From Eledone cirrhosa (Eukaryota), in assembly GCA_964016885.1 (NCBI GenBank), contig OZ024742.1, positions 352,346,001-352,410,000 on the forward strand: a DNA stretch of 64,000 bases, written 5' to 3'. The translations under genes were made by a program, and so were the position numbers. The notes beneath the pieces were generated by a model. The model saw only the letters and a program-made list of their open reading frames with translations, searched no databases and was not told the origin of the DNA. This document shows, one piece after another, positions 60,210-64,000 of this stretch; positions within the stretch are counted from its first letter, which is position 1, and the number at the start of each line of letters is the position of its first letter.

Positions 60210-61007
60210 CTATCCGTTAGGGTAAAACGTAGGGCTGTAATACAGGAAAGTTTTGTGCAATTTATGTTTAGAAGCCGAAATTGCCTCAGATTTTTTGTTT
60301 AAGATGTGGTCTGTGGCGTAGAGTATTTCCAGGGCCTCAGCGGCGCAGAGGTCACATGGTCTTTTATTTCCGTTATACGATCTAGCCCTAGCTAGGATCT
60401 CCCAGTGTAAATTATATTGGGTGTGGTTGTCTTTTAGACTCCAGAAATAAGCTGAAAGTGACGTCATATTCCTTCTTAGAGGGTAACGAAAAGAATGGGT
60501 ATGCATGTAAAGACGCTGCTTGAAACTATTGGCGGTTAACCCTATGTAGGCCCTACGGGACGTGGGTGTTACAACCTTACATTTGTAGACAATGTTACTA
60601 GAGAGGCATTTCCCGGATAGGGGACAATCAGCCCGATTCCTACAATTACAGTTAGTACTAACTACAGGGTTGCACGTGTTCCTACGGCTAGGTATTTTAG
60701 CTAAATTTGAAGCTGTGATGTTATGTGCAAGGTTAGGAGTCGTTGAGTAAGAAATTTTAATAGTGTTTCTATTAAAAATTTTACTATATTTATGTGTAGG
60801 GGGAAAATGCTTCGTAAGAAGGGAAAAAAAGATCTTAGCTAATCGTGTGGCCACCTCCATATTATATGGTGGGTTAAACCAACAAATGCGACGGGATCTA
60901 TTTCTTCTAGGTCTATTCTCTTACTCTGTATATGCTACCTTATCGACAAATCCACTTCGAGCAAAAGCTTCATTGTAATAAGTGGAATGGTCGTTGAAAA
61001 TGCGTTT
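60210..61007 (-). pseudogene. Truncated PLE ORF (end of RT thumb, linker, GIY-YIG endonuclease; Naiad-like)
   Basis: Upstream frame reads KRIFNDHSTYYNEAFARSGFVDKVAYTE*ENRPRRNRSRRICWFNPPYN, with an in-frame TAA at 60923-60921. It continues into CNCRNRADCPLSGKCLSSNIVYKC..AYIGLTANSFKQRLYMH..CDLCAAE..LNKKSE and is homologous to the ORF at 62519. Confidence 0.88.
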
Positions 61008-61008
61008 A

Positions 61009-61770
<762 letters not shown>

Positions 61771-61896
61771 GTAGGAGGTGAGTTTTATTGTAGTACAATA
61801 AAGCAATGCAGATATCGGATAAGAAGCACTCTACAATTTGTAGGACTGGAGTATACATAATATATAAGATCAAAAGATGGTTAAAAGAGTTCCATG

Positions 61897-61967
61897 TATT
61901 TTATTATGCGCATTTCAAAAACAAATATCATCACGCAATAACATTTGGGTTTTCATCAGATAAAATA
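61897..61967 (-). ncRNA. Type I hammerhead ribozyme (PLE-associated, short palindromic helix III)
   Basis: Minus strand: UAUUUUAU (stem I) CUGAUGA (core) AAAC.C.CAAAUGUUAUU-GCGU-GAUGAUAUUUG.UUUUU (stem II, 11 contiguous WC/GU pairs) GAAA UGCGCA U A (AUA triplet) AUAAAAUA (stem I). All core bases are intact. Confidence 0.85.
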
Positions 61968-62326
61968 GGAAGACATGATATGAAGGTTAAAAACACTTGT
62001 GGATAGTGCAGTTTTAAATCAACATATGAAAAGTAGTTTTAGATTGATGTGTGATATTGGGGAAAACATTTTTTTCTTTTTTTGAGGGGGGGGGGGATGA
62101 AAAAGAGGAGGAGATGAGAGTAAAAAGTGGAGGGGGAGGAGTATAATGAGGAAGGATGAGATAGAAGGAGAGATGTGTGATAGAGAGAGAGATAGCTTTT
62201 ATAACTGAGAAAAATATATTGTTTTACATAGAGAGGTTGAAAAACCGTTGGAAGATAATGTATAAATTAAAAGAATTTGAAAATTAACGAAGAGAAAAAT
62301 AATGTAAACTTATGGTTTGTATATTG

Positions 62327-62456
62327 AAGGGTTTAATAATATGTGCGATGAAAAGAAATTGTTAATATGTATTAAGAATAATATTTAAGGGTTTAATAAT
62401 ATGTGCGATGGAAAGAAAATGTTAATATGTATTACGAATAATATTTAAGGGTTTAA
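62327..62456. repeat. 60-bp tandem duplication (~2.2 copies) at the pLTR/ORF junction
   Basis: aagggtttaa starts at 62327, 62387 and 62447; the two full copies differ by a few substitutions. Confidence 0.92.
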
Positions 62457-63712
62457 ATCTCTTTAACCAACATAACCTAAAAATTGAATTTGATAACAGC
62501 ATCAAACTAGCTAATTTCTTGGATGTATCTCTTAATCTTGACACTGGCCTATATTACCCTTACCATAAAAACAATGAGAACCTAAATTATGTTAATTTTA
62601 AATCTAACCACCCTACTAATATTAAGAATGCTATAGTTAGTAATATTAGAAAAAGAATATCTAACCTATCTTCTAATAAAAACATCTTTGATGCTAACGC
62701 CAATTACTATAATAACACGCTTTCTAAAGCCGGCTATCCTGATAAAATCAAGTATAATAAAGCAACAAATTCTGGAAGATCTTACAGTAGAATAATTAAT
62801 CATGATCATTCCAATAACTTTAATAAAATACCTAGATACAAAAACATAATCTGGTATAATGCTCCTTTCTCCATCTCTATTAATAATAATATTCCTAAAT
62901 TATTCTTTAGTGCCTTAAATAAATGCTTCCCTCCCTCACATATCTATAGTAAAATATTTAACAAACACACTATAACATTTTCCTATTCGACATCCTCCAA
63001 CATTTCCAACATTATCTCTAAACACAACAATAAAATACTAAATACTAAATCTCTTCCTTCCAACACTGAATATCATAATAATAGTAATAGTACTCCCGAC
63101 GTCATTGTAAACTCTAGGCTAATTTCTGCAAACCCAAATACAACGTCAAACACAACTTCGCTAAATGTTCTTAATCCCATTCTAAATGAAGAATCTATTA
63201 TTCCTATCGCAAATAACTTCTCCAATCCAATTCCTTCTATAGATAACACTAGGTCACTCGTTAATAATCTCTCTAATCGCAATTGCAATTGCCCTGCTGA
63301 AAATAAATGTCCTCTCAACAACCATTGTCTTGATAAAAACTTAATCTACGAATGTAAAGTTATAACTGACACCAATTACTTCACCTATTTTGGCTCCACT
63401 TCCACCTCCTTTAAAGCTCGTCTTTATAATCATCATTCGTCTTTTAAATACCAACTTAAAAGAACCAACACGGCTCTCTCAGAACTCATATGGTCCTTGA
63501 AAGACAAAAATATTAAATATAACATCTCTTGGAAAAACGTTTCTTCTGCTTCTACATACTTGAACAGTTCTCTATCCAAGACTTGCAATCTCTGTCTAAA
63601 TGAAAAATTTACCATTTTATCTAATTTAGATTCTATAATAAATAGACGCACTGGCTTGTTTTCTCTCTGCTTGCATAAATTCCACAGAACATTCCATAAA
63701 GTGTACAGCTAA
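62456..63712 (+). CDS. 5'-truncated PLE polyprotein: RT C-terminus/thumb plus GIY-YIG endonuclease (Naiad-like); no native start
   Basis: The frame is open upstream of the track start (NLFNQHNLKIEFDNSIKLANFLDVSLNL). Motifs: FLDV, YYPYHK, SNHP, WYNAPFS, CNC-x5-CPL-x3-CL, NLIYEC..YFGST..FKARLYNH, CNLCLNEK, CLH. Ends at TAA 63710-63712. Confidence 0.88.
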   Translation, partial: NLFNQHNLKIEFDNSIKLANFLDVSLNLDTGLYYPYHKNNENLNYVNFKSNHPTNIKNAIVSNIRKRISNLSSNKNIFDANANYYNNTLSKAGYPDKIKYNKATNSGRSYSRIINHDHSNNFNKIPRYKNIIWYNAPFSISINNNIPKLFFSALNKCFPPSHIYSKIFNKHTITFSYSTSSNISNIISKHNNKILNTKSLPSNTEYHNNSNSTPDVIVNSRLISANPNTTSNTTSLNVLNPILNEESIIPIANNFSNPIPSIDNTRSLVNNLSNRNCNCPAENKCPLNNHCLDKNLIYECKVITDTNYFTYFGSTSTSFKARLYNHHSSFKYQLKRTNTALSELIWSLKDKNIKYNISWKNVSSASTYLNSSLSKTCNLCLNEKFTILSNLDSIINRRTGLFSLCLHKFHRTFHKVYS

Positions 63713-64000
63713 TATCCTGAACTTTATCAATTCAGAATCCCTTTCTCAAAGGCACACACATATATATATATATACGTCTTTAAAAATATACCCATTTTTC
63801 TACCTTATTTCAAAGTTATTTATTATACATTATATAATACTTATTACTCATTCTATATCACTCCTATTTATCACTTCCCTTTCTTCCTTCTCCTTATCTT
63901 TTCTTTTTCTTTTAATTTCTAACCCCTAATCTGTACCTTTTCTCACTGTGCCTGACATAGAAACAATTATTACACAATACAATATATTCTTACTTTATAT

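Larger units (their letters stand above)
61771..64000 (+). mobile_element. Second 5'-truncated Penelope-like retroelement (runs off the window); 61771-62455 is the probable inverted pLTR
   Basis: Plus-strand RT C-terminus and GIY-YIG ORF. The upstream segment carries a minus-strand hammerhead and AATAAA (61789-61784) pointing into (TA)n. Confidence 0.82.

Overview
Eukaryotic, repeat-dominated window. An octopod cephalopod is inferred from a recalled SINE core and the microsatellite density; this is not proven. Bases 1-~55,380 are one giant tandem array of a 27-bp monomer (consensus CCATCACCACC[T/A]TCAGCAACA[G/T]AA[A/C]CA, ~2,050 copies, open at the left edge). The array has nested kb-scale higher-order duplications and recurrent 1-bp indels, so the many low-complexity ORFs over it are most likely translation artefacts rather than genes. 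It ends in a (GCACCA)n/(CAA)n/(CGA)n simple-repeat tail. The last ~8.4 kb is AT-rich and holds an inverted SINE-like pair, (TA)n/(TG)n tracts and a cluster of Penelope-like retroelement (PLE) pieces: a frameshifted GIY-YIG fragment, a 115-bp palindrome of pLTR ends, and two 5'-truncated PLEs in (TA)n (one with a complete ~640-bp inverted terminal repeat, the other with a probable inverted pLTR). The most specific discovery is a canonical type I hammerhead ribozyme on the minus strand at 61,897-61,967. Variant or decayed hammerhead-like folds occur in the other PLE termini. No host protein-coding gene is supported.
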